Shown here: positions 1 to 11,970 of the stretch, one piece after another
Layout: every line of letters begins with the position of its first letter
Numbering within the stretch: the stretch's first letter is position 1
NCBI GenBank assembly: GCA_030141605.1
Contig: JAQGDQ010001156.1
Location: 1-39,346 of the forward strand
DNA from: Tubiluchus corallicola
Taxonomy: Eukaryota; Animalia; Priapulida
DNA length: 39,346 nucleotides
Direction: 5' to 3'
Notes under the pieces: model-generated
Database searches by the model: none
The model's input: the letters and a program-made list of their open reading frames with translations, nothing else
What the model was told of the DNA's origin: nothing
Made by a program: the position numbers and the translations under genes

Positions 1-653
1 TTTATAAAGATTTTTCAGTTACATACGTCTTTCAAGCACTTAAGCATAATGCCAAGTTATATAACTTTGTATTGAGGAGTTTTTCGAAGACACTAAAATT
101 CCCCTTTCAAAATATAGGCAGTATTTATAGAAGATATATATTGACATATGATGTACCAAGCTGAGAGTTTGAGATAGTGTGCAATAAAAAAAGAATGTCT
201 TTTTTTGCGAATGCAAAAAAATCACATGCCCCTCATATATTCCAAAGTGTTAAAACGCCTGTTTTCATCGTGAAAAACAAAAAACGTTTGTATAGTGCTA
301 TTAAAACAACTAGTAATATAATTATCATACCACTAACAATTTGAATGTCTTCTTCTTGCTAAAATCTTAGCGAATTCTAAATGAGGGATTAATAAAAATA
401 TCTGTCTCTGCCACTGATAGTGCCCCGAATAGTAAATGACAAAGGTGTGTTATAGTATTGATAATTTTTATTGTAATTATGATTTCTTGTGATAAATTAT
501 TTTTTTTAATTTCATATAAAAATGTTAATTTTAGAAATGACATGGTAAATGATGTTGTTTGATGGTTAATTGATTTTATTAATATGTATATAACTAAATC
601 TATATTTTGTCTTTACAGTTCAGTTTCACAACGCTTGATGATAGCGTTTTAGC

Positions 654-1157
654 ATGGGAAAGCAATACCATTGTGAATACTGCAACAAATTTTTTGCTGA
701 CAATCTTGGTAACCGTAAGCGACATTTAAGCAGCCACGCCCACCAACAGCAGAGACGCTTACACTATGCTTCACTAAAAGACCCTGCTGTGGTCCTGGAA
801 GAAGAGTTAAAGAAGAAGCCTTGTCATAATTTCCAAAAGGGACATTGTCATTTTGGAGAATTATGTATCTATTCGCATATGACACCTCAGCGACTGCAAG
901 AACTGCAAAATAGAGTCTTCCAGAAGCAACAAAGTTTGGCTGAAAAAGAAAAGGTAATCAACCCTGAACAAACTGGCGAGGAACTCTTGTCCGAGTGGTT
1001 GACAAAACATGGACTTTCGCAAAAGAAATCAAATACATTACAAGAGCTAGTTCAACCAAGCCGATTACCGCCAATGTTTGAGGGCAGAATTGCTTTGCCA
1101 CAGTCAATTCTTGTTGCAAATCAAGCAGTAGAAGCTTGTGATAGTAACTGGGGATAA
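654..1157 (+). CDS. ZMAT5: Zinc finger matrin-type protein 5 (U11/U12 snRNP 20 kDa protein), single coding exon
   Basis: 167 aa. N-terminal U1C/matrin-type finger (MGKQYHCEYCNKFFADNLGNRKRHLSSHAH), then a CCCH finger (PCHNFQKGHCHFGELCIYSHM), ending LPQS...WG. Architecture and length match ZMAT5. Acceptor-like TTTTGTCTTTACAG ending at 618 suggests a 5'UTR intron. Confidence 0.93.
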   Translation: MGKQYHCEYCNKFFADNLGNRKRHLSSHAHQQQRRLHYASLKDPAVVLEEELKKKPCHNFQKGHCHFGELCIYSHMTPQRLQELQNRVFQKQQSLAEKEKVINPEQTGEELLSEWLTKHGLSQKKSNTLQELVQPSRLPPMFEGRIALPQSILVANQAVEACDSNWG

Positions 1158-1448
1158 GTTACATATACTGACTGGTACACCTGTGTGTTGGATGATAATA
1201 CTATTGTATCATTATATTTAGTACAATCATCATGTTTTTTGTACAGTACTATTATATTACAGTACACTAGTGATGTTGTATGTAGAATATTATTATCATT
1301 ATTATTATTGTATGAAATTGCGTTTCTACTTTTACTAAAGGTCGTACTACGGGTCTTCTCAAAACAACGTTAATTTCATTCACTTTCGCTCTTTTTTAAT
1401 TTGCTTTACTTACATATTAATTTCGATAGAAATAACTTGATAACACAC

Positions 1449-1489
<41 letters not shown>

Positions 1490-2874
1490 AATGTAGAGCA
1501 TTTATATATATATATATATAACTTACCAAATTTTACAGGTGAAAATTATATATTTAGATGATAATTATCTACAATTACTTAACAGACAACTTACATCATT
1601 ATTTAATCTGCCATGTTAATTAGTGCCCAAAAAACATGTATTTTGTTACCAAATAAAGGGTAGCTGACTTGATGACCTTTTAGTCAATTTGCTACACTAT
1701 CTCTTTGACTTTGGATTTATTATATGTATATGTTCCTGAAGCATTATAGAGAAAAATAAACTTGATTTGATTTTAATTCGAAGACTCTCCCTCACTTGAG
1801 CTCATTTTAACATTTTCTAAAAAAATTAGAAAGTTTCAGCAATAAAGTTGTGATACATGCCCCATGCACCAAATTAATAAAGTCAGTTTAAAATGGCGGT
1901 CATTTCGCGTTTGGGCATGTGTTCATTTTGAACGAAAAATGACATCAACCAGTTAGCATGCAAATATAAACATATCTTGCCAGGTGGTTGAGTGACTGCA
2001 AAGTTAATAAAATCAAACTCGGTTAGCTAACTCTGACAAAATAACATAATAATCAGTGTAACTAGTGTTTATGCAGGTATTTTAATTCTGACTCTGTTGC
2101 CCATCTTCCTTATACCGTACACGTCGGGTGCCCGGTTGTCAAGATCCAGTCTCAGAGAAGAAACCGAAGAAGTATATATTCGAAAGTAAACATTTTAAGT
2201 AACCAACTGGTGTATTTCAACTAATTATACTGCCATCGTAACAATAAGCATTCAGTTATTACACAACGAGGGCCTAAAGACACAAGCTATGAGTCTCAAA
2301 AACTAGTGTTTTGCCGTGCATGGTATTTTACCTTTTTTAGCCATACGTCGGACTTCTTAGTTACTTGTAATGTATTCTTTGTCAATGAGTCAGCTATATC
2401 AGTCTAGATACAGCGTTGCTATTAACTCCTTCATGACTATGAATATTTGGGTGGTCTCGTCATCCCTGAATAAAACTGCTCATAACAGCCTAACAGCATG
2501 CGATTACTCGGGTATTTGGATACTCAATGGAAACAAGCTACCCATCAAGCACTTTTTATTATGATTATAAAAATGTATCAAGATTCGTTCAAGTGCTTGT
2601 ACTACGCAAAAATGATTTAGGCTGGGATATAGGCGTGGGATATTAGTCTGTAGGCTGGGATACAATTGAAAACTGTGAGGATGATAATATTTAAATAATG
2701 CAGTATTTTGAAGCCCTTGCAGAATAAGTAATAAGTCGATTATCGACTTTAGTTAACGTTTGTCCACATCAGTGGAAATATGAGAGAGGCGTGAGTAATC
2801 ATGGTAATCACAATTGTTTCCTACTTTGCTGAATCATTGACTCGTGTAGCAAGTGCACGCTTCTTGCTCTCTAG

Positions 2875-2905
2875 GTGAACTCGGCCTTTGTCGCTCCTGA
2901 TAATG
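2875..2905 (+). other. Candidate non-coding 5' exon of the TFDP gene
   Basis: Polypyrimidine acceptor TTCTTGCTCTCTAG ends at 2874 and donor ATG|GTAAGA begins at 2906. Another donor GTGAGT lies at 2791. Splice signals only. Confidence 0.35.
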
Positions 2906-3469
2906 GTAAGAGGGTTTATTTAACGTAAAATGTAAATTAAGTTGATTTTCCGTAGCTGCGAGCTTTTATTAGTTTTTGTGCTTTACCACGGGACTGCTGT
3001 AATTTGCATGGTGCCCTGATCGATTTTTGCGTAGCAGGTTTATTTGTTTAGCAGGCATATAGCCGCAGTTTAAGTAGTATGGATCTACATCTCTATCTAA
3101 ACTGCAGTATTAGCATTAAGCAACTAAAAGAGCAGTCGTAAATTAAGGAATTTAGAAAGCAGAAAACAACATTCGTGATTCAAAAGGATGCAAACAGTTT
3201 ACAAGCAAACGTTTTGTTTATACTTAGAACTGATGATAATATAACAGAACTCTAGTACTTATTAATTTAAAATTGAAATTTTAACACAAAACAATGATAT
3301 GGACTTACGGTTAACAATTATAAATTTTTTTAGCTATCTCAGGAAACATTTTTTTTAGGTTGACTATATTGTACAGAACTGACTTGGCGTTGGCTGTTCC
3401 AGTTTGTTAAAAACGTAGTACTGGTGTCAAAAATGAATTTGTAATTAACACAAAAGCATCGTATCTTAA

Positions 3470-4137
3470 AGCACAAGAAAAACCTCCATATATATAAAGT
3501 CAACATACATAAAATATTGTCTTGAAGTTTATATCATTTACATACTGCTTTTTTACATACAAGACTTCATTTGGCAGTAACACTGTATAAAACGTGTAAA
3601 TTTAAACTCCCGCGATAACCATTAGACGCAGCCATTTTGATGGCAGGTCATTTGAAACTCGTTTAGATAACATTGTGTAAAGTTTGAAAAAACAGAGCGT
3701 TCGTACCGCACACGTCACTAAGTGAGTAAAATTTTAAATTATAGTATCTTGTCAATAAGATTAAAATACATTTTTGGTTAGTGAGTGGTGCACCCTGGAG
3801 GGTGAGTCAGCAACATTTTACCAATTTACACAAACATTTTAAATTATTATTTCTAGTTACATAAGCCTTTCCAGCTGGTAAGCAAAATGCCGAGTAATAT
3901 AGATTTGCACGGAAAGTTTTTTGGGACATAACATTGCCTTTTCTTCCCTTGATTTATGTTTGCGTAAGTGACGTTATGTAATGGAGAGGTCGGAACAGTG
4001 TCGCGGGAAATTTTAAATGAAAAGAAACTAATATTCCTTTTAATCGAGTATGATATAGGCAAAAAATGCTGCAAAGTAATATAATTTTTTAAGGCAATTT
4101 TTCTGAAACCTACTTCAGGTACCCCCTTTCTTGTCCT
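3470..4137 (+). mobile_element. Kolobok-like non-autonomous DNA transposon (MITE), full-length copy A
   Basis: TTAA|AGCACAAGAAA...TTTCTTGTCCT|TTAA: short TIRs starting AG with TTAA on both sides. Homologous to copies at 17.1, 18.8, 22.5 and 31.7 kb. Confidence 0.75.
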
Positions 4138-4436
4138 TTAACATATTGTCCAGAGTTGCTTTGACTTATTTAGTGATTTTTATTGTTGTTCTATAGAACT
4201 AAGCAAATTGGGCAGAAAAATTTCTGTAGGAAATGAAATGTGTTATAGTTATGCCAAACTATTTAAAATAGTTATTGACTTGGAAACACAAGATTGTACA
4301 TACTTTTACAACAATTTAGTTTAGATTGTATGTCGTCCAGGGATGTTTTCTTCAAAAAGGAGAGATGCTATTGTAAACAAGTGAAAGTGCCTTTATTAAA
4401 ATTTCCAGGTGTATACTTTGCATTAATTAGTGCACG

Positions 4437-4519
4437 ATGTCGCAAGGGCTAGGACATTCGATGGCAAATCTGTGGGTTGAAGATAGCAGCTCTTCCACAT
4501 CAGCAGGATCTGTCATCAG
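4437..4519 (+). CDS. TFDP: Probable first coding exon of DP transcription factor (MSQGLGHSMANLWVEDSSSSTSAGSVI-R)
   Basis: Acceptor TTTCCAG ends at 4408. An in-frame TAG lies upstream of the ATG at 4437. Donor AG|GTAGGG at 4520 is phase 2, matching the phase-2 acceptor at 9388 and giving a continuous 505-aa ORF. Confidence 0.6.
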
Positions 4520-4567
4520 GTAGGGAAGGAGAGATTTATAATGTCTTTTGTCTAGGTTTTTGGCTAC

Positions 4568-5500
4568 TAGGGATGTCGTGAATCTGAAAGTACTGAACCC
4601 GAAGCTAAACTGAATCTCATTTTCATAATAATTTTCCAATCCGGATCGAATCCGAATCTCATTTTCATAATAATTTTCCAATCCGGGTCAAATTCAAATC
4701 TCAGTTTAAAATAATTTTCCAAGCCGGATCGAATCAGAATCTCAGTTTAAAATAATTTTCCAATCAGGATCAAATTCAAATCTCGGTTTAAAATAATTTT
4801 CCAATCCGGAGCGAATCAGAATCTCAGTTTAAAGTGACTTTCAAATCAGAATCTCAGTTTAAATAGTTTTTGAAACCGAATCGAATTCAAATCTCAATTT
4901 TTCAGATAGTTCTTTCAACCGAATCTTTTCCGGATACAGTTTTCAACCAAATTATGAAGATTATAGATCACGTTTGACAGTGATTCTGCAATAATAAAGA
5001 CTATTGATGATCTATTTATTTTGTAACAGATTTTTTCTGCCAATGACTAACAATATAAAATGATCTGTTAGTCAAAAATTTCCTTGTGATGCCTTTACCT
5101 ACAATCGTGTAATGTGGATAACAAAAAAATAACACTGCCGTTTAAGCCACATCGTTTGTTGTTAGCAAAACCACGTTCTGTCAAAGTAATACAAGAAATC
5201 TTGGCATTTTTGTTGAAACTAACAGGAATGCGATGCGTGCTTTTGCGTAGGATTTCATGAATTGGACACATGCTGACACAATATGGCGACTTTGGCATAT
5301 TTCAAGCAGGGCATAATTTAATTGTCAAGAAAGGCATCGATTTCAGGATTTTGCTCTGTATCCGAAGCTAAACCTGATTTTTTCAAAAATCTCTGCCGAA
5401 TCGGGTCGCATCTAAAGCAAGTTACGAATTTCAGTGAATCGGATCAAAGTTTCGATTCGGTTTCGAAGTCTGGCTCTATCGGAGCTTCGTGACGTCCGTA
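4568..5500. mobile_element. hAT-like MITE with an internal ~42-bp tandem array (about 4610-4930)
   Basis: Degenerate TIRs TAGGGATGTCGTGAA...TTCGTGACGTCCGTA. Internal units ATCTCATTTTCATAATAATTTTCCAATCCGGATCGAATCCGA. Confidence 0.55.
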
Positions 5501-7139
5501 TTAATTACGTAGTACAATGTGTAAACTGTACAATATGTGTAGATTTAGGAAATACAGAGTAAAGCAAAAAACACACACAAAAGGACTGATAAAGACAAAA
5601 CACGTTTTTTATGTTAATTTATGTCACTGTATTTGTCCTTCTTCCTTTATGTATTTTGGCTTTTTGGGTTTGAACTAAATGCTATAGTTGTTGCTGACAT
5701 CATCGCATTCATTACTGCTAAGGTTAGTAAGTGTAATGAGGAAGATGCCAGCAGCATCAGGAGTAGGAAAAACAGCAATTGCCCTCCCTTTCCTTCAAGC
5801 TTTCTTTTTCTCCAGTTTCTCTCGGACTGTTTGCTTTTGTATTTTTACAGGTCTATCGTCTTTATCACGTTTGTTTTTTCACATTTTGCCTTTTGCAGTT
5901 ATTGTCAGTCAACTTTACCATTTTCGTCTGTTGATTTTACGACCGCAACTGTCAGTAGTGGCCGATACCTATTGTACGATGGGTGATCGAGCCATATCAT
6001 ACGTCCTTCTCGATTGTCTAACGTCGTGATCGGGTAAACGTAAAATAACCGGGACGCATTTAGCTCAGAATTTTTGTTCCAGAAGTGATTAACTTAAAAA
6101 ATTTCGCTTTTAGTTTTTCTATCTGAGTTACGTTTAAGTGTGCTCACGGGTAAGGTCCTCTGCTTTCTGTTGTAATAAGGGGATGAATTTCTTATTCATA
6201 AAATGCGAAAGAAGCCACGTTGTTGTCATAGCAACCCTGAGACCACAGGATGGGTCAAAAAAGTTAACTATGGTGTCCATTTTGATCAACGTCTACAGTA
6301 ACGTTTACAGATTATATTTACTAAAATTGCACGTAAAAGAGCGTTCAACGAACTATTCAAAAAGATAAAAAGCGAATTACGATTGTACTACAATCAATGA
6401 CAGCCATATTCCAACTCAATATTGTAGTGTTTTATACGTCATTTCTATTAAAAAATAAAAAAGGCCAATTTACAAATTTGCATTTAACTGAAGGCTGCGA
6501 TTAGCATAGTTATGTTCGATAATCAAATTAATCAATTTTACATTAAGATAAAATATCAAATTAACTGCGCTTAATCAGTCTATTAAACTTATTTATAATC
6601 TGTTATGATTTGCCTATTTTTGCATAATTAATTCTGTAGTTCTAGACTTTACTAAACACAAAATCATGCGGTAAATAAACCTAATTTGGTAATTTGCTAA
6701 TTTATACGATGTTCTATCAAATTGATAAGATTGTCATTCATTAAACTAAAATGTTCAAAGTGATCAGTTCATAATGATGCAAAATAATACAAAATGATGT
6801 ATTTACTTATATCGTATGTCTCCATAAAGCAAATCTAGTATTTACCAGTATATCTTACAAATTATGCCACTATCATACTGTGAAAAACTACTTTTAAAGA
6901 AGCCTGTTAGCGTCTAACAACTAACTCGTTTGCCCAGGTAGAAACAGATGTGCACAGGTGAGTGACCGTGACCAATGAGATACTTGGCGAAATTCCCTAC
7001 GATGATAGCTGATATTTTTGTGATTTGTGAATTTAGTTGACAGGAAACTTGAATAAGTATGGGCGAGTGATAGCTATTTCCACTTTTTTCTGCAGTTCTT
7101 TTTGTTTTGGTCTCAGGAAGTCAGCATCTTGTAACCAGT

Positions 7140-7656
7140 TGGCATCCTTCTGTCTCGGAAGACAATGGAGTGTGCGCCAAGAGAGTCAGCTATTGATCAC
7201 ATTGATGGAGCTGCAGCGTCGACTGTGGCTGAGCAGTGCGATCCTTGAACCACTGGAGTAGCCTCTCCAGAGCGCACGCCTGGGCAAGGTATATGGCGGT
7301 CCCGAGTTGCCCAGACAATAGGAACCCCCTATCTTCCTCCCTGGTGTAGTTCAAAGGAAAGTGGAGCGATACGTTTGGCACCAGGTTGGCTGCAGGAGCT
7401 GCCGGAGTCAGTGAGCATGCTGCACTGATCCGCCTTCGCTGCTCCACTCCTGATTTGGAAGGTTTACTCCTCTACACATAGCCTTTGGGTCACTTCACCT
7501 CCTCCGCCTAGTGTCGAGATGCAGTGCGGGCATCCCGCAAACCTACAGCACCTGGTATTCCTAGGCAGTCACACATCCAAGTACTAACAAGGCTCTACAT
7601 TGCTTAACTTCGGTGATCAGATGAGAACTGGTGTTTTGAACATGATATGGCCGTAG
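7140..7656 (-). mobile_element. 5S rRNA-derived SINE (SINE3) with RTE-like body and tail, copy 1
   Basis: The minus strand starts with a near full-length diverged 5S (7656-7540) followed by a ~400-bp GC-rich body shared with 20325-20864. Flanked by the 11-bp direct repeat TTGTAACCAGT (7129-7139 and 7657-7667). Confidence 0.85.
7540..7656 (-). pseudogene. 5S rRNA-like head of SINE copy 1 (not a functional 5S gene)
   Basis: CTACGGCCATATCATGTTCAAAACACCAGTTCTCATCTGATCACCGAAGTTAAGCAA...TTAGTACTTGGATG...GGAATACCAGGTGCTGTAGG matches metazoan 5S with many substitutions. Confidence 0.85.
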
Positions 7657-7956
7657 TTGTAACCAGTAATTTGCTGATTTGCATACATTTGGTTTAATTA
7701 CTAATTTGTACAGATCTGCATTGATATTTTTCTTTAAGAAAACTGCATCTAGGGATTCCCAGGAAAAGTTTTCTTGTGCGTGTTCTGTCTCAGTCCCTTA
7801 ACCAACTTTCTTAACCAATTTATTAGTTTCATTAAATGCCATTTCGGCATCAATAAAATACCAAGTACGTTGACAAGTAATAGTATAGAGCAAGTGTGGT
7901 GAAAAAAAATTGTATAGGTTAATGAATTAGCCACTTTTCCATTAAATTTTAAGGAA

Positions 7957-8474
7957 AGGACAAGTCACTCAGTATGTCGGGCTTACTGTTATCACTTAAA
8001 CTTGGAAAAATATAACGGAGAAATTTGCAAAGAATCGCCAAAAAAGCATAAATGTAAAATATACTGGCTCTGAATAGAAATTTTCAGGCGCGGTGGTTGC
8101 CATCATTCACTTAAAAATCCTGATGTAACTGAGAGACTTTGTGACTTCTTAAGCGCGTCGTGGTTTTCCGTAAGCGCCCCCTGATTAAACTAATTCAGAC
8201 TCCTGCAGCTTACCTAATGTTCATGCAAAATATTACAAAATCACCTATCTACTTTTTACAAAAACTTATTATACTTTTGACGAAGATTGTCAGCGCGTTA
8301 CTTATCTTCAAGACGAATGACGTCATTGGAAGGAAAATGGGCATTGAAAATGGTAGCACCCAAGCATGAAGTGATTTTACTAATAACACGAGGCGCTTAT
8401 TGCAGTTTTATTACAAAATCCTGCTAACATTTTTCTCGAACATTCAAGTAAGGATAACTTCCCAGACTTTTCCT
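7957..8474. mobile_element. Possible second Kolobok-like MITE
   Basis: Ends AGGACAAGTC...GACTTTTCCT|TTAA form an imperfect TIR. The left TTAA is not intact. Confidence 0.3.
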
Positions 8475-9388
8475 TTAACTTGAGAAACTTCTAGTGACTA
8501 AATAAGCAAAGGACAAAACTAATGACTGTCAACCTGAAAATATGTAACTCTTAAATCATAACAACCAAACAAATCAGACTAGTTTTTGCTAGTCACTACA
8601 ACTGATAAAATACTTATTGCAACAAATGTTTTTGGGGTGCCCATAGAATTCACCTATTTATCTTGGAATACTTATTCACTGCAGCTACTGAACACAGTTT
8701 AAAAATCATTTCATTATAATGATTAATTCTGTACATTCAAAAGCATTAAAGTTTCCATTCCGGAAACTAGCTGCGCCGCCAGTCGGGAACTGTCATTATG
8801 ACCAGATTTTTGGATTTATAATGTAAATTTAGAAATTTTGATTTATTTTGTGTAAGTTTGCATTTTCCATTTTATTAGAGGTTTAGAGATTTGTTAGCAT
8901 ACAAAATAATGTAGCTTCACAGCATAAGAAACATAACAACATCTAGTGAGATGTATAGGTGGCTATAGCAAAAAAATACAAATTAATATATTAAAATAAA
9001 CGATTATAACATATCACAAAATTTAAAATGGGTTCTGATGACATAATAATTTAATTTAAGCCTGACTATAAGCAATTACTGCTGTTGATAGATAATATGT
9101 ATTGTTTATGGTAGTAAATATATTATTTTGTATAAAAACATACAAATTATGCGTAGTTTAACTTATATTTCTGCTGTTAAAGTAGTCGAATAGAAATTTA
9201 CAAACAAAAGCTACGTTTTCGGTGTCATTAGAGCCTAAAAGAAATATAAATTTGCTTTCGTTTGGCGATTATAGAAGCCTAGACACAAGTTATTAATTTT
9301 ACTGAAAACCATAGGTCATAGGTGGCTGTTTTGTGCATCATCTTCTATTTTATGATTTATTTTCTTAAGCATTTGTCTTTATTTTCAG

Positions 9389-10823
9389 GCCCGTTACAAA
9401 AGTTCAAGTGTTGCATCAGCATCCCAATGTTATTCAAGGCAAAAACCATCCTGTTATAATTAGCACTTCTGCCGCCTCGGCAGACAATAACGTTACACAA
9501 GATCTCATGAAATACTACAAGGACACGGGAATGGAGCACATCGCCAAAGATGCCGGTTTAATTGATCCGAGTGGTAAGACTTTGAGTTTTGCAAACTCGC
9601 CTCAGAGGAACGCTACAATAGTTGCCGTGCCCGTGGCCAGCGACAACATTGTGAGACAATCGCCTCTGAGATCAGTAGATGGTTCAAGACCGGCCCTACA
9701 AGTGCAAAATTCACCTATGATTGTTGCAACTCCCCAACGTGGAAATGCCTGGTCCATGTTAAGAAGTCCACCCACTCCGAGCGCCATCCACAGCAGTCCA
9801 ATGGCACCGGGCTATCCAAGCTTAATACGGAAGAGGTCGCTGGAGTACCCAGTACAGGATTCGGATTATTCTGACGGCAAGCGCAGAAGAGGCGAAAAGG
9901 GTGGAAAGGGACTACGACATTTCTCGATGAAAGTCTGCGAGAAAGTTCAAAGAAAGGGTACAACGTCATACAACGAAGTGGCCGATGAACTAGTTGCGGA
10001 GTTTAGTGATCCTCACAGAGCGATATCGCCTACGGATCAAGCGTACGACCAGAAGAACATCCGCAGGCGCGTTTACGATGCACTCAACGTTCTCATGGCG
10101 ATGAACATCATTTCGAAAGAGAAGAAGGAGATCAAGTGGTTGGGTTTGCCAACAAATTCTGCCCAGGAATGCAATAACTTAGAGATAAAGAAGCAACAGT
10201 GCTTGGAACGCATACGTCATAAAACGCAACAAATGCAAGAGCTTATCATTCAACAGATCGCTTTCAAGAACGTCGTACAGCGTAATCGAGAAGCGCAGCG
10301 GCAGAGTGGGCCGCTCGCTCCGAACAGTGCAATTCACCTTCCGTTCATCATCGTGAGCACTAGTAAGAAAACTGTGATCGACTGCAGCATCTCCAACGAC
10401 AAGTACGAATACCTGTTCAATTTTGACAACACGTTCGAAATCCACGACGACATCGAAGTGCTGAAGCGGATGAATATGGCGTTCGGACTTGAGAAAGGTC
10501 AGGCGAAAGCTGAAGAAATTGCCAGAGCAAGAGCTATGGTCCCAAAAGCTCTTGAGCACTATGTGTTACAAATGGCGGACGGTAGCATAAGTAACATAAG
10601 TACATCTATAGTAGCAGGCCCCACGGGGGTCAGTACGGGACCATCAATGGTCAGCTCGGATAGCCAGGACACTACAGACGTAGAGGTTGCTGCCGTTAAC
10701 TCGTTAAACCCATTCTCAAGACAGTCCAGTGATTCCTTCTCCCGTGGTGAAACAGAGACACCTAGCGACGATTCCTCTGATTCAGAGTCCAGCAGATCCA
10801 CTCCCATATTGGAGATTCAATAG
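9389..10823 (+). CDS. TFDP: Transcription factor DP (E2F dimerization partner), main exon carrying the whole conserved region
   Basis: Winged-helix DNA-binding domain [33 protein letters not shown] box [32 protein letters not shown], coiled-coil/marked box [45 protein letters not shown], and an acidic/Ser tail. Acceptor TTTATTTTCAG ends at 9388. First in-exon ATGs are at 9507 and 9531; the ORF-track start at 9408 is a GTG. Confidence 0.96.
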
Positions 10824-11957
10824 AAACTCGTAGCTTATCGTCTGCGTGTCTTAATGCCGATAGTGTAAGTACTTGTAAGTAGTAAAAAGCAATTTGTAAA
10901 TACTGTACAATATGGTAAACCATGTTTTAGACTGCAGTGATTCTTTGACATGCAATTCTCTTGCTGTGATTTCTTAAGTACGTTTGGAGAAGATGCGTTT
11001 GTGTTATGTTCATTTTCTGAATTCATTTAATACGAGCAAATTTTAGGGATTATTTTGTGTTCGCATGTCAGCATCAATAATAATAGAAATGCGTAAAAGT
11101 TCGGTCTTTCTTTCTTGCTTAAAGTTTTTGCAATGTGTTGTTCAGAAATACGTTTCGTTTCCGATGAAGTATCTCCTGGGGGAAATTTGATGGGCTAACC
11201 GATGTGAGTTCGTGAATGTTTTATGAAAGACAGCTTCTTTTCCATCTTGGTACAGAACTGGGCAGCTGTGGCCTTTTTTTACTAAATTACCAACTGTCGA
11301 CAAGTTTTCTCGAACCCAATTTTTTTTGTTACTTTGTTTTGCGACCCTTTTACAATTATGAATTTGCAACGGTAAGCAAAATTTATTTTATTACTCGTTA
11401 TCTTTCGTTCGTTAATCTCGCTCTTAAATCTTTACGCATATAAGGCTATTGCTGCAAATTTATTGGGGATCTTTGTAGATAGTTCAAAATCATGAGCACG
11501 GTGCTGCCTTTTAGATTCTAGCTAATTCATTGTACATTGAACAGGTTCTGCTGAGTTTTTGTTGGTTGCATTAGAATAGATTGAGACATCCTATGACTGC
11601 ACTGTTAATTACATTCTATGAATTGTATCACAGAAATAATTTCATATTATTTATATGACCATGGTCTAGAGACTCTAGACTTCTAGAATGTATCCCTCCG
11701 TAACCGTCTATTAATTACTTAGAGCTTCCAGCATAGTTGCTGTACGTACGAAGAGGAAAAAATGTTTGCTTCTACATTCGTTGTTATAAATATGAAAATG
11801 GGTTACGAATCTTATGATGTAAATTTTATAAGCGTTTAAGATTATTGTAATTTAATATGTGTGTATTTACAATTTCACTGTAAACACTCGGGCAGCACAC
11901 CTTTCTCACCCCGGTACACAATGCAGCAGCTGAGCAGTATTGTTAGCTGCTGCAAGA

Positions 11958-11970
11958 GCCACCTAGTGGT
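11958..11970 (-). promoter_or_regulatory. CTCF-consensus-like motif
   Basis: The minus strand reads CCACTAGGTGGC, matching CCASYAGRKGGC. Motif match only. Confidence 0.3.

Noticed and set aside
1889-1915. YY1/E2F-like motifs suggesting DP autoregulation
   Set aside because: Short imperfect matches (AAAATGGCGG, TTTCGCGT) with an unknown TSS; not distinguishable from chance.
9602-10807. Antisense ORFs within TFDP
   Set aside because: Shadow ORFs of a GC-richer coding exon with no recognisable motifs.
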